A DNA stretch of 64,000 bases from assembly GCA_041645165.1 (NCBI GenBank), contig JBAZQN010000001.1, positions 117,971 through 181,970 of the forward strand, written 5' to 3'. How positions within the stretch are numbered: the first letter of the stretch is position 1; each line of letters begins with the position of its first letter. Under the pieces are notes generated by a model that was given only the letters and a program-made list of their open reading frames with translations, was not told the origin of the DNA and did no database searches. Positions 28,986 through 39,299 of this stretch are shown piece by piece. This DNA is from Patescibacteria group bacterium (GTDB lineage: Bacteria; Patescibacteriota; Patescibacteriia; 2-02-FULL-49-11). Position numbers and translations under genes: made by a program.

Positions 28986-30031
28986 CCATGCTCTATATAG
29001 GGTTTGCACAGCCTCATACCTCCATCGATGGCGTATATCTGCGCGGTTTGAGGGAGAATGGCATAGAAGTAATTGATTATTTTTTTCCGCAAAAATCGCT
29101 TGCGCGTTATTGGCAGATTTTATCAGCGTATTTTAAGCAGAGACACAGTGTTGATATCATCTGCGCCGGTTACGCAAGCCCGCACGTGGTAATCTGGCTC
29201 CGTCTGTGGTCGCGGAAAAAGATTGTTTATAATGCGCTTTGTTCGGAATATGAGAGGAAGATCATTTCACGGAATCTTGCGAGTACTCATTCTGTCAAAG
29301 CCATATATTATTGGCTTTTAGATATACTTGCATGTTGGTGTGCAGATTTGATAATGGTGGAAAGCGCACATCAGAAAGCCTTTTTTGAAAAAAAGTTCCA
29401 TGTGCCGGGAGGAAAGCTTATGGTCGCATGGACGGGCACCGATGATAAGAAGTTTCATTTTGATCCCCAGAGTAAGAAGTTTGATGATTTTACTGTGCTT
29501 TTCAGAGGGCGATTGCTGCCTGAAGCGGGAGGGGACATAGTGGTGAAGGCTGCGAAAATATTGGAAGGAAAAGGGATTAAGGTATTGATGCTTGCAAACG
29601 GCATTGAGCTGGAAAAGATTCAAAAGTTGATTCATGAGCTTCAGCCGCAGAATCTGGAATTAAAAACAGAATATTTGACAGAAGACGAGCTCATCGCCCT
29701 TATGTTGCGCTGCCATGTCAGCCTTGGGCAGCTGTCCTCTCATGAACGCCTTGAGCGGACTATCCCACATAAAGCGTATGAATCGCTTTGTCTGAGATTG
29801 CCGTATCTTACCGCGAGGAATCCGGCCATCATAGAAATTGTGAAGGAGGGCGAGACGTGCATAGCCTGCAATCCTGATGACCCTGAAGACCTCGCGGAAA
29901 AAATATTATGGTTTCGCGATCACCCGAAGGAGCGCGAGGAAATCGCCGAAAGGGGATACCGGCTCTATCATGAGCGCTTTACACCCCAAGCGCTTGCCGC
30001 TGCATTATTAAATGAACTGAAGAAGTTATAA
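28982..30031 (+). CDS. Glycosyltransferase (GT-B, GT4-like C-terminal domain)
   Basis: FRGRLLPEAGGDIVVKAA ... Rossmann-like C-domain. Confidence 0.5.
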   Translation: MTMLYIGFAQPHTSIDGVYLRGLRENGIEVIDYFFPQKSLARYWQILSAYFKQRHSVDIICAGYASPHVVIWLRLWSRKKIVYNALCSEYERKIISRNLASTHSVKAIYYWLLDILACWCADLIMVESAHQKAFFEKKFHVPGGKLMVAWTGTDDKKFHFDPQSKKFDDFTVLFRGRLLPEAGGDIVVKAAKILEGKGIKVLMLANGIELEKIQKLIHELQPQNLELKTEYLTEDELIALMLRCHVSLGQLSSHERLERTIPHKAYESLCLRLPYLTARNPAIIEIVKEGETCIACNPDDPEDLAEKILWFRDHPKEREEIAERGYRLYHERFTPQALAAALLNELKKL

Positions 30032-30268
30032 GCCTTGTCCGCCATTTGGCGCGATATGGCGTGTAAATTTTATAATAAGGCTAAAATAGCCCAAGAGGTT
30101 GACAAATTACAGGAATCTGGTAGTCTGTATGGTTCTTTACCCCGTTACAAGAACGTTATGGTTCTAAGACCTTAAATGAACGGCAATTCAGCCCGAAGGG
30201 GGATTCGGGTGAATACTGTAGAGGCCTTAAGCCAATTGTAACGGGGTTTACCGGATAACCGCATATTT

Positions 30269-31201
30269 ATGCCATCGATTACCCAATTCGTGTATAAACA
30301 CTGGGGAGGCATCGTCATTTTAAGCCTCATTGGCGCAGTTGCCGCGCTTGGGCTTAGCCTTCAGCAAACGCCCCTTTATGCCTCGTCTGCGCGCATTCTC
30401 GTGACGCAGAAGCAAACCAGCGGCATGGACGCCTACACTGCCGCGCGAGGATCCGAAAAACTCGCGCAGAATCTGACCACAATCATCGGCACCGCGTCAT
30501 TTTTTGAACGGGTGCTTGGAGCTGGCTTTTCCATTGTGAATGATTTTCCAAAGGACGAGGCAAGCAGGCGCAAAGCGTGGGGTGCGGTCGTTAAACCGTC
30601 TGTGGTGCCCAGCAGCAGCATACTTGCCATTACGGTCTACCATAAGAATCGGGAACAGGCGGAACGCATTCTTGTAGCCATCAACACCGTGCTCATTTCG
30701 CAAGGGACAGGGTATTTGGGCACGGGCGACACCGTGAATCTGCAGATAGTCGACGCGCCGCTAACCACTACCGCGCCGGTGAAACCGAATATCCCCATGA
30801 ACATGGCAGTGGGGCTCATCGCAGGATTCATCATCTCGCTCGGGTATTCATTTGTCCGGGAAGCAATCGCCCAGAGCATTACTTATCCTCTTACGCTCTC
30901 ACCAAACGCGAGTGCGGAATATACGCCGCTTCCCATAGGATACCTTGCCCCTAAGAAGAGAGAGGAAGTTTTACCGCCAGCGCCTCCTGCGAACCAAGAG
31001 TTGCGGATAAATCCTTATGTGGTGGGAATACCCGAGTCAGAGCCCTATCAAGAGACTATCGAAGAAGCGTCTCAATATATTCCTGAATCTTCACCAGCAG
31101 TGCCGCCCACTGCATCTCACGTCCACAGCATGCATGACCATGTAAAAGCGCCATTCGGCGGCAAGTATTATTTCCAAAACAAGTTTTTCTATTTGTCGTA
31201 A
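30269..31201 (+). CDS. Wzz-like polysaccharide chain-length determinant (short, with Pro-rich C-terminal tail)
   Basis: N-terminal TM followed by LYASSARILV Wzz motif; second TM VGLIAGFIISLGYSFVRE. Confidence 0.55.
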   Translation: MPSITQFVYKHWGGIVILSLIGAVAALGLSLQQTPLYASSARILVTQKQTSGMDAYTAARGSEKLAQNLTTIIGTASFFERVLGAGFSIVNDFPKDEASRRKAWGAVVKPSVVPSSSILAITVYHKNREQAERILVAINTVLISQGTGYLGTGDTVNLQIVDAPLTTTAPVKPNIPMNMAVGLIAGFIISLGYSFVREAIAQSITYPLTLSPNASAEYTPLPIGYLAPKKREEVLPPAPPANQELRINPYVVGIPESEPYQETIEEASQYIPESSPAVPPTASHVHSMHDHVKAPFGGKYYFQNKFFYLS

Positions 31202-31210
31202 ATTGATAAT

Positions 31211-32374
31211 ATGATAGCGCACGGATTTGAGAATTTTGCGTCGGTGAGCGATCAGTGGGATCGCACGGCGCAAAAAAGCGAACGGAACATTGATAAACTC
31301 TTCGGTTCCTCTTCTTTTTTGAAGGTGTGGTATCGCACGAGTCTTCCGGCGGCGGAGCCTTACGTGTTATTCGACGACGATAGATCGCGCACTTGCGGTC
31401 TCCCGTTGGTATTATCACGGACCTCACGAGGTAAATTGCTGCTATCCGCTCCCACTACCACTGAAGACAACACCTGGTATGCGCCAGTGATCGGCGATGC
31501 GGACGAGGTATCTGGCATGCGTATTGCCGCTACTCTAGAAGAATCCAATGTTGGGGACGCTATTATACTGCAGCACGTTGACATGTCTCGCGTATTTTGG
31601 CGATCATTTATTCAGTATTTTCGATCAAGAAAATACGCCCTCGTGGTTTATCCCACTATACGAATAGGCAACATTAGCTTGGGCGAACAATGGGACGTAT
31701 ATTACCACAGTTTAAGAAGTGATCTTAAGCGATCATTGCGTAGAAAGGAGCAATATCTCACTAGCGAATTTGGGCCTCTTACGGTTTCTGTGGCCGAACG
31801 GAAAGAAGAGATAATCAATGCGTGTTATGAGGGTTTTGCCATTGAAACTATGGGATGGAAAGGATATGCGCACAGCGCCGTGTTGCAACAAGATCGCACG
31901 AAGCAGTATTTTTTTGATTTGGCTAAAACGGCGGCAGAGAAAGGTTCGATTGTCTTGGTTTCTCTCATCTGCGGCGGGTTCCCGGTGTCGTTTCATTTTA
32001 TGCTCCGACAAGGAAATGAAGCGTATTTTTTTAAAACGATGTATGACGAAAAATTCAGTTGCTATAGTGTGGGGCAGTTAGGTGTGTTGAAAACACTGGA
32101 ATTACTTCACCGGCGTGGAGTCAGAACATTGAATTTCTTCGGGCCGTACGTGCCCTGGCATGACCGCTGGAAGCCGTCATTCGTTACCCAGTATTCTAAA
32201 GTTGTCATTTCGAGGAGCGTCAACCGCACGTTTGCCGTGCTGCCGTATCGCGCGTACGCGATTATCAAGAAATCCACCTTCGCGTTTCGTTTGTTTGCGC
32301 AGATGCGAAAATTATATAATATCATGAAAATTTTGCGGGATACTTTCAAGGTGCTGGTACAACATTTACGATAG
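31211..32374 (+). CDS. GNAT-fold acetyltransferase of the FemAB/BioF2/CelD-like family
   Basis: C-terminal GWKGYAH ... YFFKTMYDEKFSCYSVGQL pattern of Acetyltransf_6. Confidence 0.5.
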   Translation: MIAHGFENFASVSDQWDRTAQKSERNIDKLFGSSSFLKVWYRTSLPAAEPYVLFDDDRSRTCGLPLVLSRTSRGKLLLSAPTTTEDNTWYAPVIGDADEVSGMRIAATLEESNVGDAIILQHVDMSRVFWRSFIQYFRSRKYALVVYPTIRIGNISLGEQWDVYYHSLRSDLKRSLRRKEQYLTSEFGPLTVSVAERKEEIINACYEGFAIETMGWKGYAHSAVLQQDRTKQYFFDLAKTAAEKGSIVLVSLICGGFPVSFHFMLRQGNEAYFFKTMYDEKFSCYSVGQLGVLKTLELLHRRGVRTLNFFGPYVPWHDRWKPSFVTQYSKVVISRSVNRTFAVLPYRAYAIIKKSTFAFRLFAQMRKLYNIMKILRDTFKVLVQHLR

Positions 32375-33523
32375 GCAAATTCTTCTAATAGCAGACCCCA
32401 TAATTTCCATATCGCTGGTGGATAAGTCCTGATGGATGGGGAGTACTAAGTGCTCGCGAAGAATTTTTTTAATAAATGGGGAAGAATCGCCAATTTCATA
32501 GGATCGGTGGTCGGGCCAGAAGACGCTTGTTTCAATACCTTGTTGGCGCAGTTTCGCGTTGATTTCATTGCATTTGCAACCTAGTATCATGAGATCGAGC
32601 GGGACCGTGTGAGCAGGCAGTGAAGAAAAAGCAATCGTAAGACCAGGAACCCCCTTAATGGACGCGGCGAGCGCGGTATAGTTTTCCCTGTGACGGTGTT
32701 TTATGTCTTCATAATCGAAGCGCGGAAGAAGATATTTTGATATCGCGGACATTCCCCAATCGGTTTTTGTCGCGTCAAATTCAAACCTTCCGCATTCAGT
32801 ATTTTTGATACCGATAGTTTTAAGAAACGCATTGAGGAGAGGGACGGCTCTTGTCCATGTCCAGGAGCCAAAAAGCGCAAAGGCACGGCTATTTTTGCTC
32901 GCTGCCATGCGTTTTAGGGAGAGCGCAGCCATTTGGCGCGCCGTGGAGTAATGCGATGGACGGCGTTGACGGGTTGCGGGAAATGGGAGGTCTGGGTTAT
33001 TCACCACCATCAATCCGCCGTGCGGGATGGGCACCGTTTTTCTTGGACAGAAAATTGCCGCGTCGCCTTTTGAGCCGAGCGGTTCGCCGTCTTCGTCGGC
33101 GCTTAAGAAACCTATCGCCACATCTTCGAACAAGTAAAGTCCGTTATTTTTGCAGACGTTGAGCGCGTCCCGCGTCAGTTGCGGGAAACCGAGGTAATGC
33201 GTCAGGTATAATATTTTTGTACGCGGCGATAATTTTGCTCGAACATCATTGAAATTCGGTGTAAAGTTTTCGTGCAGGTCATAAATGACAGGCACGAGGC
33301 CAGATGCGATTACCGCATCCACTTCAATGCCGCTGGTGAAGGCGGGCATGAGTACTTCATCTCCAGTTTTTAGGCCAAATATTTGAAGCGCTTCCCAGAT
33401 GCCGTTACGGGCGAAGTAATAATACCGCACGCGTTTTTGGTTCAGCGGAAAGGGCAGCAAGGAGGACGGTTGTGCCGGTTGTCTAAAATATGCAGGATGT
33501 AATGTGGGGAAAAGAGGAATCAT
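32366..33523 (-). CDS. DegT/DnrJ/EryC1/StrS-family PLP-dependent sugar aminotransferase
   Basis: FEDVAIGF ... GDAAIFCPRKTVPIPHGGLMVV matches the lysine/GEGG region of DegT enzymes. Confidence 0.6.
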   Translation of the reverse strand: MIPLFPTLHPAYFRQPAQPSSLLPFPLNQKRVRYYYFARNGIWEALQIFGLKTGDEVLMPAFTSGIEVDAVIASGLVPVIYDLHENFTPNFNDVRAKLSPRTKILYLTHYLGFPQLTRDALNVCKNNGLYLFEDVAIGFLSADEDGEPLGSKGDAAIFCPRKTVPIPHGGLMVVNNPDLPFPATRQRRPSHYSTARQMAALSLKRMAASKNSRAFALFGSWTWTRAVPLLNAFLKTIGIKNTECGRFEFDATKTDWGMSAISKYLLPRFDYEDIKHRHRENYTALAASIKGVPGLTIAFSSLPAHTVPLDLMILGCKCNEINAKLRQQGIETSVFWPDHRSYEIGDSSPFIKKILREHLVLPIHQDLSTSDMEIMGSAIRRICLS

Positions 33524-33642
33524 ACGTTATGGGGAATAATCTAATAAAAAAGTTTACACGCAGATTAACGCAGATAACCGACCGCCATACGTTCGTACTA
33601 TTATCTTGAGGTACAGGGCGTATACGGTCGGACGCGGATTTA

Positions 33643-36552
33643 CTAGATATTATTTAAATTTCGTTCACGATGAACATATTTTTTCCATATATGTATTATG
33701 TCGTCAAGTATTCCCGAGACACGAACTTTGAACATCCATAATGGTTCATCAAATATCACGATACGCGGAATCTCGTAAGGGTCGTCGTGGCAGGATGCAG
33801 TGCGTTCTTCGATGGTGCAGGCAGCACGGAATCCAGCGGCCCGGAGGATCTCTCTGGTCAGGGTAGTAAAATCTTCTGATTTACCAAAAGGGTAGGCGAA
33901 TAAATCGATCGGCGCTTGGATCTGTCGCTCAAGCTCTTGTTTTGATTTAAGTATTTCTTGCGCTGCTTTATGTTCGTCCAGCTTCGAAAGACGTGGGTGA
34001 TCGTGCGTGTGCGCTCCAATTGCGGCCCAGGGTGATTGTTTCAGGATTTGCACATCGCCGCTGGTAATGGCGGGCGCCGCGGTGCAGCCGTGTGAATACA
34101 GAATTGTTCCATAATCGATGAAGCCCGTAGAAATAAAGAAGGTGGCCGGGATGCGCAAATTTGCAAGTATGGACAGGACATTTTGAGCCCAATCTTTTGT
34201 TCCGTCATCGAATGTCACCACTGCTGCACGCGCGGGAAACGGACGTTGATCTTGTATCGCTGTCGCAATTTTCGCAAGGGTAACGATTTGAAAATTTGTT
34301 GATAAGTATTCCATCTGACGTGTGTATGTCTCGAGTGAAATATCAAGATGTGCATCGGTTGGCTGGGTAGGGATGCGGTGATAGCAGATGATCCTTGCTC
34401 GTTGCGGAGTGAGTTTGGCATAAAGCCAGGAGACACCGGAATAGTAGACGCCAGCGAAGATAATAACGCGTAATATATTTTTTAATTCAGTCCGCAGCGC
34501 CGTGGCAGATAAGACGTGCACGCTTTGGGAGGCAAACTTTTTTGCCAGCCGCATAAAGTGAACAAGAATTTTGATTTTTTTAAGAATATTTTTGCACTTG
34601 GAGAGAGTTCGGATGTAATAAATATAGAGCGGCGAATCCGGTGCTGCTATAAATTCAAAGTTTTTTGTATCACTCTCCGCAAAACGGCGTTTATACGCCT
34701 CATCTCCTCGACCGAAATCATATATCGCAAACTCTCCGGATTGATAGAAAGAATTAATGATGGCGCGCATAAGTAAGAGCGACGGCGAGTAGATGTGGTA
34801 GGTAGGATCAAACGTTGTGAGGTACAATGACATCCTCATGGCAGTCGCGAAGTGCCACTGGATTGCGATTATCTCTTTATTCAATTGTAACGTAGCGCAG
34901 CGCACAATATCTGAGTTCGAGAACGCGTCAATGAGCGCATGCCAGAAACGGCGCAGGAGAGGATTCTGCATGGGTGAGGAAAAGGATGTTTGCCGGCAGC
35001 GTTTAGCCTGTAGTTCGCAAAAGAGATCAAAGAGCCAATGTTTTTCGGCATCGCCGTGATTAAGTGTAATTTTAATGTCTCCCAGTTTTTGCAGTTTCTT
35101 CATCTCTTGGTTCAAGTGTTTTTTTGAGAGCTGTCTGATTTTTTGTGCTGTATTCTCTAGTGTCGGCTGCGGGATGAACAATTGGAGATTCGTAGATCCT
35201 ATGTGCTGGCGGACAAAAGCCGGATGGCTTCGTATTTTATGCAAAAAAACGGAATTTTCTGGCAGTTCTTTAATCCGTACCATATCCCATTCAAATCGTG
35301 AATTTGCGATATAATTGCATATTAAGTCAAGCGCGTTCACACTTTCAGCAAGATGAGGAACATCTGCTATATCATTAAGCGGAGTTCCAATAAAAGAGAG
35401 CGTGCGCCGGATTTTGGGTAGCCAGCGTTGCGTGACTATCATGCCCGGGAAAAGCGCGCAAATATCATTTTTGTCGTTGACGGCCAGAAGCACAAATAAT
35501 TTTTTGTCATTTCCGAAATGTTCCCACCAGGTTTTTATCCAGCGAAACGTTTGGAATGCGCTGCCGGCGTTGCTTTGTACTACGCAATGATTCCAAGCGT
35601 CCTGCATTTGAGGTGTTATTGCGGAAAGATCAGTGATGCGCATGATGCGATAGCCATTTTGTGATGTGGAGTTTGCGAACACTGATGGAGCGGCTGGCGC
35701 GTGTTTCAGTTGGATGGTGTCCCATAGTCTGAGCCGGAGCTTTTGAAAACTGATCAAAGATGACAAAAAATGCCGCAAAGAAGAAGGAATGACACTTGCC
35801 ATTAACATGACGAGACGGTTGAGACACCCCAATACATAATGGGGATAGTGCGCACGATACCGGATTATCACTTTGAGTGTTTCCCGAAGCAATTGTTTTC
35901 GTTTCACAATGCTGACATTATTTCCATGCAAACGAAAGTAACAGAAAGTTGCCGGCAATATGCATAATTTTCCAAGCAATCCCAGTCTCAACCAGAATTC
36001 ATAGTCTTCCGTATAGGCGAGAGATTCATCGTACCCGCCTGCCTTTAGGGCATGAGCGCGGCGATAACAAACGGTGCTGTGAGGGATGATATTTTCAATC
36101 AGGAGTCGTTCGCGTATTCGTCTGTCGTCGTGCCACGGCACAGCACACCTGCGGACGATGCGCTGTGCCGTCTCATTGATCTCGGCCGCATGTCCAGCGA
36201 CAAGGACTATCTCAGGATCACGATCGAGGATATTAATTTGGCATAAAAGTTTTTCCTTATCATTCCACATATCGTCTCCGTCAAGGATGGCAATATATTC
36301 ACCTTGGGCGAGCGAAAGTCCATGGTTCAAATTTCGCGCTCTTCCAAGGCGCGTTTGATTTCGGACATAACTGATCCGGAGATCGTTTGCGGCAAGATCT
36401 TCTGCTACTGTTTCTGTGTTATCCGTTGAAGCATCATCGAGCACAATCGTTTCCCAATCGGGAAAGGATTGATCTTGGACGCTTCGTATCGCGTCAGCGA
36501 GAAACTGTCCTAAATTGCACGTTCTGATAATAATACTCACTTTTGGTTCCAT
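33643..36552 (-). CDS. Tri-domain enzyme: N-terminal GT2 glycosyltransferase, central FemAB/BioF2-like GNAT domain, C-terminal NodB polysaccharide deacetylase
   Basis: SIIIRTCN ... VLDDASTD (GT2); FQTFRWIKTWWEHF (BioF2-like); VTFDDGTKDW ... LFAYPFG (NodB). Confidence 0.65.
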   Translation of the reverse strand: MEPKVSIIIRTCNLGQFLADAIRSVQDQSFPDWETIVLDDASTDNTETVAEDLAANDLRISYVRNQTRLGRARNLNHGLSLAQGEYIAILDGDDMWNDKEKLLCQINILDRDPEIVLVAGHAAEINETAQRIVRRCAVPWHDDRRIRERLLIENIIPHSTVCYRRAHALKAGGYDESLAYTEDYEFWLRLGLLGKLCILPATFCYFRLHGNNVSIVKRKQLLRETLKVIIRYRAHYPHYVLGCLNRLVMLMASVIPSSLRHFLSSLISFQKLRLRLWDTIQLKHAPAAPSVFANSTSQNGYRIMRITDLSAITPQMQDAWNHCVVQSNAGSAFQTFRWIKTWWEHFGNDKKLFVLLAVNDKNDICALFPGMIVTQRWLPKIRRTLSFIGTPLNDIADVPHLAESVNALDLICNYIANSRFEWDMVRIKELPENSVFLHKIRSHPAFVRQHIGSTNLQLFIPQPTLENTAQKIRQLSKKHLNQEMKKLQKLGDIKITLNHGDAEKHWLFDLFCELQAKRCRQTSFSSPMQNPLLRRFWHALIDAFSNSDIVRCATLQLNKEIIAIQWHFATAMRMSLYLTTFDPTYHIYSPSLLLMRAIINSFYQSGEFAIYDFGRGDEAYKRRFAESDTKNFEFIAAPDSPLYIYYIRTLSKCKNILKKIKILVHFMRLAKKFASQSVHVLSATALRTELKNILRVIIFAGVYYSGVSWLYAKLTPQRARIICYHRIPTQPTDAHLDISLETYTRQMEYLSTNFQIVTLAKIATAIQDQRPFPARAAVVTFDDGTKDWAQNVLSILANLRIPATFFISTGFIDYGTILYSHGCTAAPAITSGDVQILKQSPWAAIGAHTHDHPRLSKLDEHKAAQEILKSKQELERQIQAPIDLFAYPFGKSEDFTTLTREILRAAGFRAACTIEERTASCHDDPYEIPRIVIFDEPLWMFKVRVSGILDDIIHIWKKYVHRERNLNNI

Positions 36553-36555
36553 AGG

Positions 36556-38007
36556 TTATGCTGAGATACTAAGTTGATTAAGTAATCGTTGAGCTTCGTG
36601 TTTTTTCGCGTGTATCATGCCTGTCGTGCCGCCCATAAGCGCCCATAATAGCCAGTTTACTGGCGTGCTTCTTAAAATATTATCAGAGATGCTCATGATC
36701 AGGAAGGCGGTAATGGTAGCAGCAACTACTATGTATATTTTTTTATCCAGCAGAAAACGCGCCGTGCGGACTCCTTGTATGCACTGTATGAGATTGGCGA
36801 TGAAGAAGAGGAAATAACTCGCGGCGCCCAGGTATCCGGTTTCCAGCGCCAGGCGGAGATAGTCGTTATGCGCTTCGGTGCCGATGTCAGTGAGATAGCT
36901 TACCGTGCTCTCGCGCACCTGTGCATACATGGCCGGGCCATAGCCGAAGATCGGCATGCCGTGCAATTTTACTGATACTTCTTTCCAAGAGCGCAGGCGC
37001 CACATAAAGGAATCAGTTTCATCAGAAGGTGGGTGTAGCCGCTGGATGACTTGGCTGCGAGTCATGTCATAACCAGTAGCGGCGAAGATCATGTCGGAGA
37101 TATGGGGGAAAGCGAAAACGGTAAAGGCGATTAATGCTATTATAATTATTGTTTTCTTTACATGAAAGCAGAGAAAATAAGCGAGAAGAATAATGGCGAT
37201 GCCAATCCAGGCGCCTCGCGTGTAAGTAAGAAGCAGCAATATCCCCAGCGTGGCAAGGATGAGGGGATAAGGAAGACACGAAAGCCGGGACATTAATTTT
37301 TTATCAGATGGCGAGATGAGCGGATTTTGTCGTGATGCCAGGAAACTCAGGATCACCCAAGAGGAAATGGCAATGACGAGGGCGAAAGCAAACGAATTAG
37401 GGTGCACGTACGTACCCATAAGACGGTTCTGGATATCAACAGAAAGTCCGGTGCCGCGCGCGAGTTGTACGAGTCCTGCCGTAGCTGGTATGATAATGGC
37501 AGATGCGAGGACGCTGATGAGCGCGGTGTAACGCGGCATCGTTTTACAGAAATCGTAGGCAATTATAAAAATGCAGACGAGATTTACGAATTTAATAAGA
37601 TCTTGCGCGCTTTTTACCGGATCGAGGGAAGTAAACACGCTCGCGGTGCATATAAGGATAAAAATTGCAGGGAAGGCGAGATCGCGAGTCAGGAGAATTG
37701 GCCGGAATTGAAAAAAATACCACATACTCCATCCGATAAAAAATAGTCCGATGAGGCCGGCAAGATTAATGGTCATCCCTCCCAGACTGATCAAAGGCAC
37801 ATCGCTCATCACATCGGCGATATTGCGCAGGATGAGAAGCGCGAGGAAGGCATGATGGGGATATCGGAAAAGGAGAGGGGATATGCTCAAGAATAAAAGC
37901 ATGATAACGTATGGCATAATTGCGGGTGTGCGCAGGATAAAAAACGCTGTCGCAATTATGATTGCGGCGCAGAGAGGCAGAAAGATACTTAGTGTTTCTT
38001 TATTCAT
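36556..38007 (-). CDS. O-antigen ligase/polymerase-like membrane protein (Wzy_C family)
   Basis: About 12 TM with a large periplasmic loop between late TMs; the track start 38097 overlaps the divergent GT start, so the internal Met at 38007 (MNKETLSIF) is preferred. Confidence 0.5.
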   Translation of the reverse strand: MNKETLSIFLPLCAAIIIATAFFILRTPAIMPYVIMLLFLSISPLLFRYPHHAFLALLILRNIADVMSDVPLISLGGMTINLAGLIGLFFIGWSMWYFFQFRPILLTRDLAFPAIFILICTASVFTSLDPVKSAQDLIKFVNLVCIFIIAYDFCKTMPRYTALISVLASAIIIPATAGLVQLARGTGLSVDIQNRLMGTYVHPNSFAFALVIAISSWVILSFLASRQNPLISPSDKKLMSRLSCLPYPLILATLGILLLLTYTRGAWIGIAIILLAYFLCFHVKKTIIIIALIAFTVFAFPHISDMIFAATGYDMTRSQVIQRLHPPSDETDSFMWRLRSWKEVSVKLHGMPIFGYGPAMYAQVRESTVSYLTDIGTEAHNDYLRLALETGYLGAASYFLFFIANLIQCIQGVRTARFLLDKKIYIVVAATITAFLIMSISDNILRSTPVNWLLWALMGGTTGMIHAKKHEAQRLLNQLSISA

Positions 38008-38074
38008 CGTTATCAGGTTAAATTGATTATTATAGAAGCCATTTATTAAAGCGTAAATTTTAAGTTTTGTCAAG

Positions 38075-39289
38075 ATGCGTATACTCCAAGTAAACAAATT
38101 TTATTTCGAACAAGGAGGGGCAGAACGCTACATGTTCGCGCTTTCATCCCTGCTTGAAACGCATGGACACGATGTCATTCCTTTTGCTATGGCTTCAGGA
38201 AGAGATAAGCAATATCCACTTAATAGATATTTTGTTTCTAAAATTATTACGGAACGACCACAAGGGGGGTGGGAAGGATTGCGCACCGTTGGGCGGGTAT
38301 TGTGGTCGAGAGAAGCGGCAACAAAGCTTGATGCGTTGCTTACGCACTATCCTATTGACATTGCGCATCTGCATAATATTTATCATCAGATTTCTCCTTC
38401 TATATTGCCGGTTTTAAAAAAACATGGTATACCGATTGTCATGACACTCCATGATTTTCATCTTGTATCACCGGCGTATAACTTATATGCACATGGGGGA
38501 TATTGCGAACATGCAAAAGGCAGCCGTTTTTTTAATTCCTTCATCCATCGTTGCGTGAAATCCTCTTACTTCGCCAGCGCAGTATGCGCGTTTGAGCTGT
38601 GGATTCATCATACCTTAAGGTTATATGAACGGTATGTGGATGCCTTTATTGTACCCAGTGAATTTATGGCGCGTACACTGCAAGAGTGGGGATTTCAGCC
38701 AAGGCGCCTTGAGGTTATTCCGAATTTTATTGACGCTAAAGAGTTTTTACCTACGCAGGACATCGGGGATGCTATGCTCTATGTAGGCAGGTTGTCGGAA
38801 GAAAAAGGTATACATATATTGCTCGAGTCAGTGAAACAGTTGCCAGATGTGTCATTCATTATTGCCGGAAGCGGTCCCTTGGAGCGCCTCGTGCGCGACT
38901 GTGCCGCAAATTGCCTGAATCTTCGTTTTCTGGGGCAGGTCCCGCACTGTGAGCTTGCCCGATTATATGTTCAAGCGAGGGCGGTAATAGTGCCTTCACT
39001 CGCGTGTGAAGTTTTCCCCATGGTGATTCTTGAAGCAGGAGCAGCTGGGAGGCCAGTCATCGCATTCGATAAAGGAGGTATCAATGAGATTATTGAGGAT
39101 GGTTATAATGGCAAATTGATATCGAACGAGCATGATAATGAGATGTTATTGTGTGCCATAAAGGAGATGGAGGAGAATATGGCACATTGCTTGCAGCTAG
39201 GCATAAATGCGAGGACTAAAATTAATAATCTTTTTAATACTAAATTTCATATTAATAAAATTATTAAACTCTATTCTTCATTATTATAG
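38075..39289 (+). CDS. Glycosyltransferase GT4
   Basis: EVFPMVILEAGAAGRPVIAFD. Confidence 0.7.
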   Translation: MRILQVNKFYFEQGGAERYMFALSSLLETHGHDVIPFAMASGRDKQYPLNRYFVSKIITERPQGGWEGLRTVGRVLWSREAATKLDALLTHYPIDIAHLHNIYHQISPSILPVLKKHGIPIVMTLHDFHLVSPAYNLYAHGGYCEHAKGSRFFNSFIHRCVKSSYFASAVCAFELWIHHTLRLYERYVDAFIVPSEFMARTLQEWGFQPRRLEVIPNFIDAKEFLPTQDIGDAMLYVGRLSEEKGIHILLESVKQLPDVSFIIAGSGPLERLVRDCAANCLNLRFLGQVPHCELARLYVQARAVIVPSLACEVFPMVILEAGAAGRPVIAFDKGGINEIIEDGYNGKLISNEHDNEMLLCAIKEMEENMAHCLQLGINARTKINNLFNTKFHINKIIKLYSSLL

Positions 39290-39299
39290 TATTGATACT

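Noticed and set aside
38007-38097. Wzy/ligase-like gene start at 38097 overlapping the divergent GT4 start at 38075
   Set aside because: A 23-nt head-to-head overlap of two start regions is unlikely. The internal Met at 38007, which immediately precedes the first TM helix, is the more plausible start.
32366-38097. Minus-strand block (DegT, tri-domain enzyme, Wzy-like) inside an otherwise plus-strand locus as a possible inverted or inserted island
   Set aside because: There are no flanking repeats, tRNA, integrase or GC shift at its borders (32.37 and 38.0 kb). The convergent 9-nt stop overlap at 32366-32374 and the divergent promoter region at about 38.0 kb look like ordinary operon organisation.
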